A DNA stretch of 64,000 nt, from positions 1 to 64,000 of IMG/VR virus record IMGVR_UViG_3300042302_000394. One strand, written 5' to 3'. Position 1 is the stretch's first letter, and each line of letters starts with the position of its first letter. Position numbers and translations under genes: made by a program. Positions 32,063-41,559 of the stretch are shown here, one piece after another. A model generated the notes under the pieces. That model did not search any database and had not been told where the DNA came from. It saw only the letters and a program-made list of their open reading frames with translations.

Positions 32063-32485
32063 TTACACACCACCTGCATTGATGGGTGTGATTCCACCAT
32101 ATATAGATGACGGTGTACCACCATCTAAATTTAAAATTCCTTCGCCACTTGCACCACTAGGACCCGATACTCCACTGGGACCTGTAGGTCCAGGTACTCC
32201 TATTGGTCCTTGAGGACCCGTGGGACCTACAATACTATCGCCCTGTGGTCCTTGCGGACCTGTGGGACCAAAAACTCCCTGTGGTCCTTCTGGCCCTTGT
32301 GGTCCTTGCGGCCCTACAGGACCAGTAGGTCCTACAATCTGTATAGCAGCTTCGTTAACTAGAGTAATTAACTGCTCTAATTCCATTTTCCTGGTTCTAG
32401 CAGGCTCGTAAGAGACATCAACAACTGGAACAATAAGTTGATCTGTTAATGTGCTTAAAAATGGTAAATTGGTGATTCTTGCCAT
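32063..32485 (-). CDS. Short collagen-repeat protein
   Basis: RITNLP N-terminus, G-X-Y run, LDGG end. Confidence 0.75.
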   Translation of the reverse strand: MARITNLPFLSTLTDQLIVPVVDVSYEPARTRKMELEQLITLVNEAAIQIVGPTGPVGPQGPQGPEGPQGVFGPTGPQGPQGDSIVGPTGPQGPIGVPGPTGPSGVSGPSGASGEGILNLDGGTPSSIYGGITPINAGGV

Positions 32486-32488
32486 AAA

Positions 32489-33571
32489 TTATTCTCGTTG
32501 TAAAGGTTGGTTATTTTCATCATCAAGGCGTACCCAACCTTCTGGACCAAATAGGTAACCATCTATATCCATCAGATCCCCAACAGCATTTCTGTTGAAT
32601 ATTAGATATTTAGCTCCACTATTGTCTAAACTATTTTCCACAATTATTCGGTCAACTTCAAAATCAACAGTGTTAAACTTAAAATTATTAGATTTAATTC
32701 TATTTAGAATAATTCTGCTTTTATTAGGCAATGTGTAACATAAAGGAACAACCCTCATGTACGTCTTTGTTCTGTAATCATTCGACTGCTGAGTTAACAT
32801 AAATCTAGGCTGTAGTTGTTCATCTACGCTGATAGTCGACCAGTCTTGTAGTGTAATAGATTGTAGCTGTTTACGCATATTATCTATACTTGCAGGGTAA
32901 TATAATTCATCGTTGTGGTCAGTGTGTACTACAGAAGAGACGCTAATATCGGAATTATTAACTAATTCGTCAACTACTTCCACATATATTAAATCGTATA
33001 CGTGTGTTCCTGCAGAATTTTTAGCAATAGCGGATTTTACACCGCCTAATCTTATCTTCTTTTTATAAAAATTCTCTTGTAATGCATATTGATATTCGTA
33101 GAGATTTAGTTGTTCTATACCAAAATCCAACGTTAGTTTAATACTTCTCTGGACTCCAAAGTTTGAATCGTAATATCTATACATTAATAGCGGGTCAAAT
33201 ATAGTAGAGTCGTTGATAAAATTGTTAAATTGATTACGTTTAGTAACACTCAAAAAAGGTCTAATATAGATATCGGTATACTTGATATTGTTGGGTTGCG
33301 TTACATTTAGAGTGAATGTCTGTGTTGATTCTTCGGTATTTGCAAGGTCAACAGCATTGATTATAAAAGTAAAGGTTCCCGAGGAATTATAATTTGCTCT
33401 ACCAACTATGGTACCATCATGTTTTAAAGTTAGCCCGCTGGGAAGTTGCCCAGCTTTAAGCTCGTATTTTAACTCTGAACCTGACGATGTCTGTGTAGAC
33501 TGCACAGAAATTTCACTAACATATCCAGTTTGAAGTGTACCTAGACTGCTAGTTGTCAACCATTTTAACAT
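32489..33571 (-). CDS. Putative Ig-domain baseplate/structural protein
   Basis: YELKAGQLPSGLTLKHDGTIVG...TFTFIINAVD (He_PIG-like). Confidence 0.65.
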   Translation of the reverse strand: MLKWLTTSSLGTLQTGYVSEISVQSTQTSSGSELKYELKAGQLPSGLTLKHDGTIVGRANYNSSGTFTFIINAVDLANTEESTQTFTLNVTQPNNIKYTDIYIRPFLSVTKRNQFNNFINDSTIFDPLLMYRYYDSNFGVQRSIKLTLDFGIEQLNLYEYQYALQENFYKKKIRLGGVKSAIAKNSAGTHVYDLIYVEVVDELVNNSDISVSSVVHTDHNDELYYPASIDNMRKQLQSITLQDWSTISVDEQLQPRFMLTQQSNDYRTKTYMRVVPLCYTLPNKSRIILNRIKSNNFKFNTVDFEVDRIIVENSLDNSGAKYLIFNRNAVGDLMDIDGYLFGPEGWVRLDDENNQPLQRE

Positions 33572-33688
33572 TAAGAAATACCCCTACGGTGAGATTTATA
33601 GAGGTATTTACCTAAAAATACTCAAATAACAATAGCCTTAATTTTTAGAAAGTTAAATATATTATACTTTAATTAAAGGAAAAGTACC

Positions 33689-34057
33689 ATGGAAATTATT
33701 GTCGCAGTCGCAGTATTTGGCTTTGGATTATGGTGGGTCTTTTTAAGAACTCCTGCTGATACAAAACCATCTGCACCTTATAAAATTGAAACTCCACCTG
33801 CACCAGAACCTGCTCCGGTTGTGGTAGAAACTGCACCTGCAGTTGTTACTGATACAGTAGTGGTAGTAGAAAATGCAGTCGTACCAGAAGCTGTAGTAGC
33901 AGAAGCTCCTGCTAAGAAGCCACGTACACCACGTGCTCCTAAAGTAGAAGCTCCTGTAGCAAAACCAGCCGCAAAAAAAGCAGCCCCTGTTAAGAAGGCT
34001 GCTGCTATTAAAGCTGCTCCTAAGAAACCAGCAACTCCGAGATCAAAGAAGGCTTAA
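33689..34057 (+). CDS. Membrane-anchored Ala/Lys/Pro-rich (histone H1/AlgP-like tail) protein
   Basis: N-terminal TM helix, acidic Pro/Val linker, KPAAKKAAP-type tail; SD and TAAATA upstream. Confidence 0.65.
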   Translation: MEIIVAVAVFGFGLWWVFLRTPADTKPSAPYKIETPPAPEPAPVVVETAPAVVTDTVVVVENAVVPEAVVAEAPAKKPRTPRAPKVEAPVAKPAAKKAAPVKKAAAIKAAPKKPATPRSKKA

Positions 34058-35071
34058 TTTTTTAGCTCGGTCGGCAAGGGCAACGCTCGCAAGGTTTTTG
34101 CCCTTTGCTTCTACCATAATATCATGGGTATCGAGGAAACTTAATGCCCATTCATTTACTGCGGTGTTCCACATAAAATTACTGTGGGCTCGCAGTTTCT
34201 GCTTTTTGTGTCCGGCTTCTAATAGCTGTGCATAATCGGGCAGTGTTTTCTCACAATGTCCAGGTAGCCATTCTTCACGGCTAACAGAATAGTGCATAAC
34301 GGGTCGAACACCCCGCCAGCTGTCAATCACACGTAGAACTCTATCGTCGGTGGGTTGAATGTAGTCTCCTGTACGGACCCAGTGATGGTGTACGTCAAGC
34401 ACGAGGGCGCAATGTTTTTGCAGCTCAAGGCTGCTTTCGATTCCCCAGGCGTTCTCGTCGTTTTCAATTGTGATGCAGTTTCTTGCTTCGGGGGTAAGTC
34501 TTCCGAGTACATCCTTAATGCCTTGTGGACCTCTTCGACCCGAGATGTGGACGTTGATTTTAAAGTCTTGAAACGATTTACCATATCCCATCCAGCGGGC
34601 CATATCCACATGATATTCAAACTCCTCTATCGACCTATTTACAATATCATCCGACTCACTTGCCAAGACAGTAAACTGACCAGGATGAAAGCTGAGCCTA
34701 ACGCCGCCCTTGCGAGCCAGATCTCCCACGGCTCGAAATGCTCTTTCGCAATAGGCTCTAACATCGGATAGCCTGTAAAAGAACTGCCAATCGCGCTGAG
34801 TATACACAGGTAGTATATCGCTGCCGAGTCGTACCATTCTAAGATTTTCATCAAGTGCTCCTACACGTTCTACCAGTTTGCGAACAGCTTCAATGTTACC
34901 TTTAGTAAGGTCCCAAAGTTTTTCTTCTGCTACATTCTGGCTCTGTCTATTTAACCACGCAACGGTGGTAGAGCCAGTATTGTACTTTTTAGCATCGTCA
35001 TTGGGCTTGATGCCATTAACTTGTGCAGGAGTGTCGATCCATTTGCAGGCAAATCCAATTTGTTTTTTCAT
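34043..35071 (-). CDS. uvsE: UV-damage endonuclease (UvsE/UVDE)
   Basis: GFACK, RLGSD, SFHPGQF, IENDE, LDVHHH, HYS, AHS, MVEAK motifs. Confidence 0.92.
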   Translation of the reverse strand: MKKQIGFACKWIDTPAQVNGIKPNDDAKKYNTGSTTVAWLNRQSQNVAEEKLWDLTKGNIEAVRKLVERVGALDENLRMVRLGSDILPVYTQRDWQFFYRLSDVRAYCERAFRAVGDLARKGGVRLSFHPGQFTVLASESDDIVNRSIEEFEYHVDMARWMGYGKSFQDFKINVHISGRRGPQGIKDVLGRLTPEARNCITIENDENAWGIESSLELQKHCALVLDVHHHWVRTGDYIQPTDDRVLRVIDSWRGVRPVMHYSVSREEWLPGHCEKTLPDYAQLLEAGHKKQKLRAHSNFMWNTAVNEWALSFLDTHDIMVEAKGKNLASVALADRAKKLSLL

Positions 35072-35718
35072 GATATCAATCTTAAATGAGAGGGCGTTGT
35101 TATCCCAATTTCTGGAAAAAAGTTTTTTGTGTAAATGTCAAATGCAATTCCAACCCTTAAATTTCCCTGATAGGGCAATGTTTCGTGTGGCATAATGCAA
35201 GAAAAGAAATGTATGTCTCCTGTTTTATTTGGAATTTTTAAAATGTCTTTACCGTAATACACAGTATCACTAGGTGCATCACCTTGTAAGAATAAGTTTC
35301 CACAGATTGTTTTAAACACATTCTTTTTAAACATGTCATTCTCAATAATCGGAGATGCATGGTGCATGTGTTTTTCTATTCTTTCTCCTTTTCGGAAAAT
35401 ATTAGCCCACATTTTAACATAGAATTCCTCCCCACCAATGATCTGTTTTGCAGATTCTAAAATCTTTTTAAGCAACGGATTTATTTGATTAGGAAGAAAA
35501 TCAATTAAATTGTAATATTCGTGTCTAGTGGTAATAGAATTAACGGGTGCTTCTTTGTAATGTGACGGACCTAATCCAATAATTTTACTTTCTAGTTTAA
35601 CAATACTATCAGTAAGTGCATTACAATAAGTTTGATCTAGTACATTGACCCCGAGGATATTGTTTTTGAAATTCTCAATGCGGTCTTCGTAGACTATTTG
35701 GGTTTGTGCAACGACCAT
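35068..35718 (-). CDS. Putative 2OG-Fe(II) oxygenase
   Basis: WANIF...HMH...PHET...RVGIAFD jelly-roll pattern. Confidence 0.65.
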   Translation of the reverse strand: MVVAQTQIVYEDRIENFKNNILGVNVLDQTYCNALTDSIVKLESKIIGLGPSHYKEAPVNSITTRHEYYNLIDFLPNQINPLLKKILESAKQIIGGEEFYVKMWANIFRKGERIEKHMHHASPIIENDMFKKNVFKTICGNLFLQGDAPSDTVYYGKDILKIPNKTGDIHFFSCIMPHETLPYQGNLRVGIAFDIYTKNFFPEIGITTPSHLRLIS

Positions 35719-35861
35719 GAACCATCCTTGTTGTCAATCCATTCGAGGGTGTCGCCTTCTACCCAACCTTGCATATTGAGTAGTTCTTGAGGCAACGGCA
35801 AAATAAGATCCTTAGTATCGGGATCTTCTTCAAGTATTACTGTCCAAGAATGTTTAGTCAT
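35694..35861 (-). CDS. AbrB/MazE/SpoVT-like small DNA-binding protein (55 aa)
   Basis: Manual translation ...DLILPLPQELLNMQGWVEGDTLEW... Confidence 0.6.
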   Translation of the reverse strand: MTKHSWTVILEEDPDTKDLILPLPQELLNMQGWVEGDTLEWIDNKDGSWSLHKPK

Positions 35862-35869
35862 AGTATATT

Positions 35870-36805
35870 TTACACGATTGTACGGAAATAGTCAATGGTT
35901 CTAACAAGTCCTTGTTCCAAATTGATTTTAGGTTCCCAATCGAGCATAGACTTTGCTACTGAAATATCCGGACGACGTTGCTTTGGATCGTCTTGAGGCA
36001 AAGGCATTTGAAGGATTTGGCTCTTGCTTCCGGTAAGTTCAATAACTTTATGTGCTAATTCCCACATGGTAAACTCTCCTGGATTGCCAGTATTGACAGG
36101 CCCGATAAAATTATCGTCGGTGTGGTTCATCATTGCCTGCATAGCATCCAAAAGATCATCAACATAGCAGAAACTACGAGTTTGCATACCATCACCGTAG
36201 ATAGTAATGTCTTTGCCTTGTAGTGCTTGAACGATGAAATTACTAACTACTCTGCCATCATTTTGAGCCATTCTTGGGCCATAAGTGTTGAAAATACGAA
36301 CAATTTTGGCCTTAACATCGTGAGTACGGTAGTAGTCCATAAACAGTGTTTCTGCGGCACGTTTACCCTCATCGTAGCAACTACGGATACCAATTGGATT
36401 TACATTGCCCCAATATGATTCCGGTTGTGGATGTACAGTTGGGTCACCGTAGCATTCACTGGTACTTGCCTGTAGAATCTTAGCACCAGTACGTTTGGCC
36501 AAACCTAGCATATTGTAGGCACCTAGCACACTGGTTTTCATTGTTTGGATAGGATCCCATTGATAATAATATGGACTTGCAGGGCAAGCCAAATTATAAA
36601 TCTCATCAACTTCTACATATAATGGAAAGCAAACATCTTGTCGGATGACTTCAAAATTCTTGTTATCTAATAAATGAGCAATATTGTTTTTGCTACCTGT
36701 AAAATAATTGTCCACACAAAGAACATGGTGTCCTTCGTTGACAAGCCGATCACATAAATGTGAACCTAAAAATCCTGCGCCGCCTGTTACTAATACTTTT
36801 TTCAT
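35870..36805 (-). CDS. UDP-glucuronate decarboxylase (UDP-xylose synthase)-like SDR
   Basis: [45 protein letters not shown]. Confidence 0.92.
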   Translation of the reverse strand: MKKVLVTGGAGFLGSHLCDRLVNEGHHVLCVDNYFTGSKNNIAHLLDNKNFEVIRQDVCFPLYVEVDEIYNLACPASPYYYQWDPIQTMKTSVLGAYNMLGLAKRTGAKILQASTSECYGDPTVHPQPESYWGNVNPIGIRSCYDEGKRAAETLFMDYYRTHDVKAKIVRIFNTYGPRMAQNDGRVVSNFIVQALQGKDITIYGDGMQTRSFCYVDDLLDAMQAMMNHTDDNFIGPVNTGNPGEFTMWELAHKVIELTGSKSQILQMPLPQDDPKQRRPDISVAKSMLDWEPKINLEQGLVRTIDYFRTIV

Positions 36806-37284
36806 TTGTTTCCTTTAATTAAATTAGGTGAGTACTGTGGCAATACATTACTAACTTCTGTTTCTTTTTTATTTTCTAGTTTAACGGTTCTATCTCTAAG
36901 TTCGCTAGAACTATAAACATGTTCTCTTTTATGATAGTGTAATTCTATACCGTTGTCAATACACCATTGCTTGCCTGTAAAATCTCTATTTAGATATTCG
37001 TCACTGAGAAACCGAATATGAATAGTCTGTGTCTTAAGTAATTGTAACAGATCGAATTCGGTTTCGTATATTAAAATTTCATCCACATATTTGCAGGCCT
37101 GTAATTGCACATATCTTTCATAGGCACTTTGAACAGGTTTATTTTTAACTCCAGGTCTATCTATTGAAGGATCAATTTGAAGTGCAACAACAAGATAATC
37201 GCATAACTGTTTCTCCATTTTAAGCATGGTTACATGACCTGCATGTAACAGATCAAAACTACTACAGTTAAATCCTATCTTCAT
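36802..37284 (-). CDS. Second TagD-like cytidylyltransferase
   Basis: [16 protein letters not shown]. Confidence 0.88.
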   Translation of the reverse strand: MKIGFNCSSFDLLHAGHVTMLKMEKQLCDYLVVALQIDPSIDRPGVKNKPVQSAYERYVQLQACKYVDEILIYETEFDLLQLLKTQTIHIRFLSDEYLNRDFTGKQWCIDNGIELHYHKREHVYSSSELRDRTVKLENKKETEVSNVLPQYSPNLIKGNK

Positions 37285-37415
37285 TCTGCGTCCTTTGGCG
37301 CTACAATTCCATATTGTTCATACATCCATTTAATAAATCTTTCAATTTCTTTACTTGGGTATGGATACGCTTTGTATGCTATGGTTACTCTTTCTAACCA
37401 ATCTTTATCTGTCAT
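37281..37415 (-). CDS. Small hypothetical protein (44 aa)
   Basis: Manual translation MTDKDWLERV...; ATGA coupling to the downstream gene. Confidence 0.45.
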   Translation of the reverse strand: MTDKDWLERVTIAYKAYPYPSKEIERFIKWMYEQYGIVAPKDAE

Positions 37416-37416
37416 G

Positions 37417-37590
37417 TTAGTTCCAGTGCCTTAATACACCTGCTACTATAAAGCAGTTTGTTATTATGTATGATAGCACAATAAATGTGCGAAAGCAAGC
37501 AATTAGATCTGATTCCGAATCTGTATTGCCTGCTTTTTCTCCAAGGGCCTTAGCCCATAGTCTCCAAATGTTACGCAAATAGGTCTTCAT
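37417..37590 (-). CDS. Small membrane protein (start MKTYLRNIW at 37590)
   Basis: WRLWAKALGEK...TNCFIVAGVLRHW. Confidence 0.55.
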   Translation of the reverse strand: MKTYLRNIWRLWAKALGEKAGNTDSESDLIACFRTFIVLSYIITNCFIVAGVLRHWN

Positions 37591-38077
37591 TCCATTCACG
37601 ATGTCCTTCACGGAACGCCATATTGGCCTGTGTTTCGCGTACTTCCACACGATAGCACCAAAGTCTTGCCGCTTCGCCCGGTCCCCACATCTCTGGAATG
37701 TAAACGCCGTTGACATATTTGTAGAGCATGTCACTTAATGCTTCACAACCGAGTGCTGGTAGAATGACAATCTTAGCCATGTTCTTTTCTTGTAGCATTT
37801 TGAATACTTCCATTTGAGGATCGTCTTGTGCAACAATTAAAGTATGATCGAATTGATCCTCTAATGTTTTCTTTAGTTCTTTTAAACCACCATAGTCAGC
37901 CGCCCAATTGCGGACATCTAGGTCGTTGGTGCCAAAGTAGAATTTCATGCTAAATGAATAGCCGTGAATTAGATTACAATGACTATCACTGCGCCATTGG
38001 CGGTATGCACAGGGAAATGCATCGTGATATTCTTTTGTGCTTGTGTACTTGTATAGTACGGGTTGTAGATTTGCCAT
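37571..38077 (-). CDS. queD: QueD/6-pyruvoyl-tetrahydropterin synthase-like T-fold protein (divergent Zn site)
   Basis: HCNLIHGY, DYGGLK, FDHT, CE, VRET motifs. Confidence 0.8.
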   Translation of the reverse strand: MANLQPVLYKYTSTKEYHDAFPCAYRQWRSDSHCNLIHGYSFSMKFYFGTNDLDVRNWAADYGGLKELKKTLEDQFDHTLIVAQDDPQMEVFKMLQEKNMAKIVILPALGCEALSDMLYKYVNGVYIPEMWGPGEAARLWCYRVEVRETQANMAFREGHREWNEDLFA

Positions 38078-38160
38078 CTCTAGTCTCCTTTGTAAGGTAG
38101 CAAGTTTGACGACATGCAGAGTTTATAAAGCGGGATGAATGTGCGTGAAAGTCCGCTGCC
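38078..38160 (-). ncRNA. Candidate riboswitch (preQ1-I-like H-type pseudoknot plus SD-sequestering hairpin) in queD leader
   Basis: P1 AGCGG/CCGCU; P2 ACG(C)ACAU/AUGUCGU; CAUC before the P1 3' strand; UAUAAACU tail; CU(A)CCUU-ACA-AAGGAG hairpin. Confidence 0.55.
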
Positions 38161-38177
38161 TACTATTTATTATAGGC

Positions 38178-38762
38178 TTATCGACGTGAAACAATTTTGT
38201 CGCAAAGACCATAAGCCAGTGCTTCATCTGCGCTCATAAATGTATCTCGATCCATATCACGCTCAAAATCGGCATAGCTTTTACCGGCGGTATTGTGTTC
38301 AACATACAATTTGGTTAACATGGTTTTCATTTGTGTGATTTCTTTGTATTGAATTTCAATATCACTCTGCATACCACGAGCACCACCACTAGGCTGATGA
38401 ATCATGTGACGAGCATGTGGCAACATAAAACGTTTACCTGGATGTCCTGCCTGTGCTAGGAAACTACCCATTGAACAAGCCTGACCCATAACATAGGTAC
38501 ACACATTTGGTTTGACAAACTGCATAACGTCATAGATAGCCATGCCACTTGTAATTACACCGCCTGGACTATTAATGTAAAAGTGAATATCCTTTTCGCT
38601 GTCTGAACTTTCCAAATGTAGGATCTGTGCTACAATTAGATTACTACTGTGATCATCGACTGGTCCATTCAAGAACACAATACGCTCATTAAGCAAGCGG
38701 CTAAAAATATCAAAGGCTCTTTCGCCTTGTCCGGTCTTCTCGACCACCATTGGTACTAACAT
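38178..38762 (-). CDS. clpP: ClpP protease subunit
   Basis: [24 protein letters not shown] (Ser), MIHQP (His), RD (Asp). Confidence 0.96.
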   Translation of the reverse strand: MLVPMVVEKTGQGERAFDIFSRLLNERIVFLNGPVDDHSSNLIVAQILHLESSDSEKDIHFYINSPGGVITSGMAIYDVMQFVKPNVCTYVMGQACSMGSFLAQAGHPGKRFMLPHARHMIHQPSGGARGMQSDIEIQYKEITQMKTMLTKLYVEHNTAGKSYADFERDMDRDTFMSADEALAYGLCDKIVSRR

Positions 38763-39187
38763 TATTTGTATGCCTTATCAAGTGTTGTATTAGTCAGGCC
38801 AGCAATGACCTGGAAATTGTCCCACGCTTTTTTCACTGCGGGATTGCGATCTAGTTCTTCACTAGGTAAAACTGTTTCGAGCCATATTTCTGATCGACGA
38901 GCAGGATGTCTGCCAAACTTGCGAGGTTGGTGCAGTTTTCCATCTTCCCACAACATGATGCTGACACTACGGAACTTGTCCTCGTCGTCTTTATTGTTAA
39001 AGTCATAGTGACTCCACTCGGCATGGCTTGCACCTCCGAGGCAGTAGCCTTCCCAGATACCTGACCATTGTAGGTCATCTCGCGGGTCAAAATCTGTACG
39101 AGTAATTACTACCAGTACATCTTCTATGTCTACACGTTCTTCAACAATATCAAGAACGCAACGACTGTAACTTAGACCGACTTTCAT
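38762..39187 (-). CDS. Hypothetical protein
   Basis: Coupled ORF; GKLHQPR motif. Confidence 0.6.
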   Translation of the reverse strand: MKVGLSYSRCVLDIVEERVDIEDVLVVITRTDFDPRDDLQWSGIWEGYCLGGASHAEWSHYDFNNKDDEDKFRSVSIMLWEDGKLHQPRKFGRHPARRSEIWLETVLPSEELDRNPAVKKAWDNFQVIAGLTNTTLDKAYK

Positions 39188-39393
39188 TCTTTAACTCCGA
39201 AATATTGTTTCATGTACCACCCTACAGATACACTAGGATCGTATTGCTCGTATCCCTGTTCTTTCAATTCACCAATCTGAGCACATTTGCAAATAATCAA
39301 TTCGGCAAACTTTTCGGCGTGTTCGATGCCCATCCATTTACCGCTCGTATCAGTTCCAGCCTGTTTCATAAGTGTTTCAATTTGTTCTCTCAT
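39184..39393 (-). CDS. Small hypothetical phage protein
   Basis: EKFAELII...YFGV motif. Confidence 0.6.
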   Translation of the reverse strand: MREQIETLMKQAGTDTSGKWMGIEHAEKFAELIICKCAQIGELKEQGYEQYDPSVSVGWYMKQYFGVKE

Positions 39394-39815
39394 TCTTTAA
39401 ATCTTTCTGCATAACGGGCATCTGATTCTGCCCTGTGTGTAGGACACAATGTTTTAATCCAACCTTTACCACCTGCTGTGCCAGGAGCACCGCAAGTTTC
39501 ACAACTCTTGTCAGCCCATGCTTCTGCCATACGTACCATACCACTAATTTGATCGTCGCCACCTTGATAGTAGAACCGCAATCCGCCAAACTTTTCTTTG
39601 ATCTGTTCTACTACTACCTGTTCAATAACAGGGCGAGTTTCGCGGTTCTTATTCCACCAGTCAGTGTGGCTTTGGATATTGGCACATAGGCTTTCGATAA
39701 TAGGCCACCATCCTTCACCTACAGCAAACCCACCGTAGGATTGTGAGAACATCTTTGGATACTTCTCTTCCATGCTTTTGGCAAATGCTTCGTACTTGTC
39801 TATATCACGATTCAT
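39390..39815 (-). CDS. Hypothetical phage protein with Zn-ribbon end
   Basis: GEGW...QIKEKFGGLRFY...CETCG...TLCPTH. Confidence 0.65.
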   Translation of the reverse strand: MNRDIDKYEAFAKSMEEKYPKMFSQSYGGFAVGEGWWPIIESLCANIQSHTDWWNKNRETRPVIEQVVVEQIKEKFGGLRFYYQGGDDQISGMVRMAEAWADKSCETCGAPGTAGGKGWIKTLCPTHRAESDARYAERFKE

Positions 39816-40050
39816 TTTCTTTATCCTGTTCGTAGGCTTTTACCATTCGATATAACGGTTCCATGCGTTCAGAAAATACATCGGGGCAATTTTCAGCAGC
39901 TCGTTTCATATCCCACGCACTGGGATAATGTCTAAGACAATACCTAGCATTATCCTTAATGGCTTTAGGAACTCGAGGAGTATTAAGAATTTCTACTAAA
40001 AACTCTTGAGTCCTTACTACTGCTCGATATCTTTCATCAGGTAATGTCAC
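39805..40050 (-). CDS. Hypothetical phage protein
   Basis: TLPDERYRAV...PRVP...LRHYP. Confidence 0.6.
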   Translation of the reverse strand: MTLPDERYRAVVRTQEFLVEILNTPRVPKAIKDNARYCLRHYPSAWDMKRAAENCPDVFSERMEPLYRMVKAYEQDKENES

Positions 40051-40600
40051 GACTGGCCTTCCATTGATCGGCCTTGTCCTTCATACCTTCTGGGTCACGC
40101 TTGTAGTCTTCAAGCACTGCTCGAAGAGCTTCTTCTATGAACTGGTTAAATGTCATATCACGTTCGTGTGCTAGCTTCATATATTTTAACAGCTCTTCGT
40201 CTGTAAAGTCTACAGGAACACTAACACGAGTATCATAATCCTCGCCTGCGGCAATGGCCAGAGCCTTTTGCATAAAGTCGTCATCGGCCTCGAGATCTAC
40301 ATAGTTGACATCTTCCCAGGCCTCATCCGGCACCCTGCGATTAGCAGTTTCTTTTGCATGAGCCGAGGCATAGTCGGAATTGATCATACGGTAGGCTCGA
40401 CCGTTACGGAAGTCGTGTGCCTCTACTTGATAAACTTCTTGAGTCTTAGTATCAAAGGTGATAGTAAAACTATGACCCTCTTGGTCACCATTCCAACTGT
40501 CGAGTTGATACACGTCATCTCCAAAACACCTCCACCCATAGGTGCTACCTTCGGTAATACGGTAATCGACAAGTTCCATCCATTCTTTAACTGTTAGCAT
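40037..40600 (-). CDS. Hypothetical protein with possible C-terminal ribbon-helix-helix
   Basis: AHERDMTFNQFIEEAL. Confidence 0.55.
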   Translation of the reverse strand: MLTVKEWMELVDYRITEGSTYGWRCFGDDVYQLDSWNGDQEGHSFTITFDTKTQEVYQVEAHDFRNGRAYRMINSDYASAHAKETANRRVPDEAWEDVNYVDLEADDDFMQKALAIAAGEDYDTRVSVPVDFTDEELLKYMKLAHERDMTFNQFIEEALRAVLEDYKRDPEGMKDKADQWKASRDIT

Positions 40601-41057
40601 TTTGCGGTTCCTTAGTTAGTTCGCACATTAAAATAAAATGTTCGTAGGCTTTACGAACTGCTTCATTAGAGTATAGCATCTTTGCTTCTTCTTGTAAAGC
40701 CTTTACACCAGCTTCGGCAATTTCTCTGGCACTGGGGATTTCCACATAGTAGCGGTCGTCACCGAATGCCTTGGCCATTGCTTCCCAAGCCTTCTTCTGC
40801 TTTTCAGTAATGGGCCTATTGTGTGGGCGCATCTCGCTAGCCTGCACCACTGCCTTACTAATAGCATCTTCAGCCACTCGGCTGGCCGCAATCAGCCCTG
40901 CATAATCCGGGTTGATATTAAAGCGGCGACTAGTGCCCCCAGGATAACACATAACCAAATGAGTACCCTTCGTATAACTATCCATAAAATCGCTGTCGTA
41001 CTCGGCGACAGGAACATATCTGCGGCCCTTTTTCTCATAGTATATCTTCTTGGTCAT
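40587..41057 (-). CDS. Hypothetical protein (likely start MTKKIYY at 41057)
   Basis: Coupled ORF. Confidence 0.6.
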   Translation of the reverse strand: MTKKIYYEKKGRRYVPVAEYDSDFMDSYTKGTHLVMCYPGGTSRRFNINPDYAGLIAASRVAEDAISKAVVQASEMRPHNRPITEKQKKAWEAMAKAFGDDRYYVEIPSAREIAEAGVKALQEEAKMLYSNEAVRKAYEHFILMCELTKEPQNANS

Positions 41058-41349
41058 TTTGTAATCCGTTGCTGTGTCGGTCTGTAGTTTTTTCAACATC
41101 TTGGAATAGACGTTTTTCTTGTGCTGTAAGACTGTCTTTGTGGATATGTCGAGGATTCCCGCACATAGCACAACCTGGTCTGCCACAATCCATTGCATGA
41201 TGCTTGGCCAAACGATGTGGCTCTTTTAGCACTTTGTTTTCATCAGCAAATGAATTGTGTTGTTTGGCAATTTTAAGTTGCTTCTTTACTGCTGTTTCAT
41301 CTTTAAAACGTCTGCGGCTATTCAAATACTTTGCTTGTTCATTGGCCAT
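41035..41349 (-). CDS. Basic Cys/His-motif hypothetical protein
   Basis: KHHAMDCGRPGCAMCGNPR. Confidence 0.6.
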   Translation of the reverse strand: MANEQAKYLNSRRRFKDETAVKKQLKIAKQHNSFADENKVLKEPHRLAKHHAMDCGRPGCAMCGNPRHIHKDSLTAQEKRLFQDVEKTTDRHSNGLQNDQEDIL

Positions 41350-41358
41350 TATAACCTC

Positions 41359-41559
41359 TTATGTTGTTATTTTAGAAGATTGACGTTTTCGGCACTCCTC
41401 TCTAACCTTAGGAGGAATATCGGGATGCCATTCTGCCATTCCGCAGTCATATACTCGTTGCTGAGGTAAACTGTTTCCAAAAACTATAAGTCCAAACATT
41501 GCTAGAGATAACCCTACAACGATCATAGACAATCCGATCATTTGTAGAGTTTGCTTCAT
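41359..41559 (-). CDS. Small membrane protein
   Basis: TM helix followed by YDC..AE.HPD.P..VREEC. Confidence 0.55.
   Translation of the reverse strand: MKQTLQMIGLSMIVVGLSLAMFGLIVFGNSLPQQRVYDCGMAEWHPDIPPKVREECRKRQSSKITT

Noticed and set aside
29941-32411. Many alternative-frame and antisense ORFs over the collagen genes (also 11794-12563)
   Set aside because: Shadow ORFs caused by GGN-CCN repeat periodicity lacking stops; no SD or promoter support.
38078-38160. Calling the queD leader a canonical preQ1-I riboswitch
   Set aside because: Loop length and first loop nucleotides deviate from the consensus; kept only as a candidate variant.
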